The notes under the pieces are model-generated. The model did not search any database and was not told the DNA's origin. It saw only the letters and a program-made list of their open reading frames with translations. This document shows positions 63,721 through 64,000 of a stretch of DNA of 64,000 nt, one piece after another. The stretch's first letter is position 1. Every line of letters begins with the position of its first letter. The position numbers were made by a program, and so were the translations under genes. The stretch comes from Euglena gracilis (taxonomy: Eukaryota): assembly GCA_039621445.1 (NCBI GenBank), contig CP154954.1:32140012-32204011 (forward strand), given 5' to 3'.

Positions 63721-64000
63721 CTGGGACTGTGCGTGTGCGTAAGAACTCCAATGCAACGATGAAGAGACCATCTCACATGGATGAAATCATACGCACACAC
63801 ATGTTTGCTTAACCTTGATTTGTGAAAAGGTGTTAAATACTCATTCGTTTATGGACACACACAATTACTACCTAACCGCCCCCCCCCCCCCCATACCGAA
63901 AGAAACACTGAAGGAAATAATAAACCCCCCCGTATTATTATCTAGACATTCGGAATTGGGGTCCAGGGGGGTTGATTATTTTGGGGGGGGTTCGTTACTT

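Overview
Eukaryotic nuclear DNA, most likely from a euglenid (Euglena-like). This is inferred from short GC-rich exons joined mostly by non-GT-AG introns whose ends base-pair, with CAG at +4..+6 and CTG at -8..-6. Most of the window is nested MITEs, transposon relics and microsatellites. Host genes could be assembled by hand, all on the minus strand: (1) a C2orf69/UPF0565-family gene (49222-56360, about 10 exons); (2) two paralogous genes starting MGC-x-x-S (ATGs at 1836 and 20703); (3) an unidentified coiled-coil gene (~43.4-47.3 kb); (4) fragments of probably two more. There is also a frameshifted DDE-transposase-like ORF (57.9-60.5 kb), a non-autonomous hAT-like element with a CGGBP1-like zinc finger, and a retropepsin relic. 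Main observation: many MITEs have CAGG...CCTG termini and 8-bp target-site duplications (TSDs). One intron of the C2orf69-like gene (52990-53207) is exactly such a MITE plus 3 nt of the left TSD and 5 nt of the right TSD. Because 3+5=8, splicing at the euglenid non-conventional register removes the insertion seamlessly and in either orientation, i.e. hAT-type MITEs acting as generators of non-conventional introns. All gene models were built by eye and need RNA-seq confirmation.
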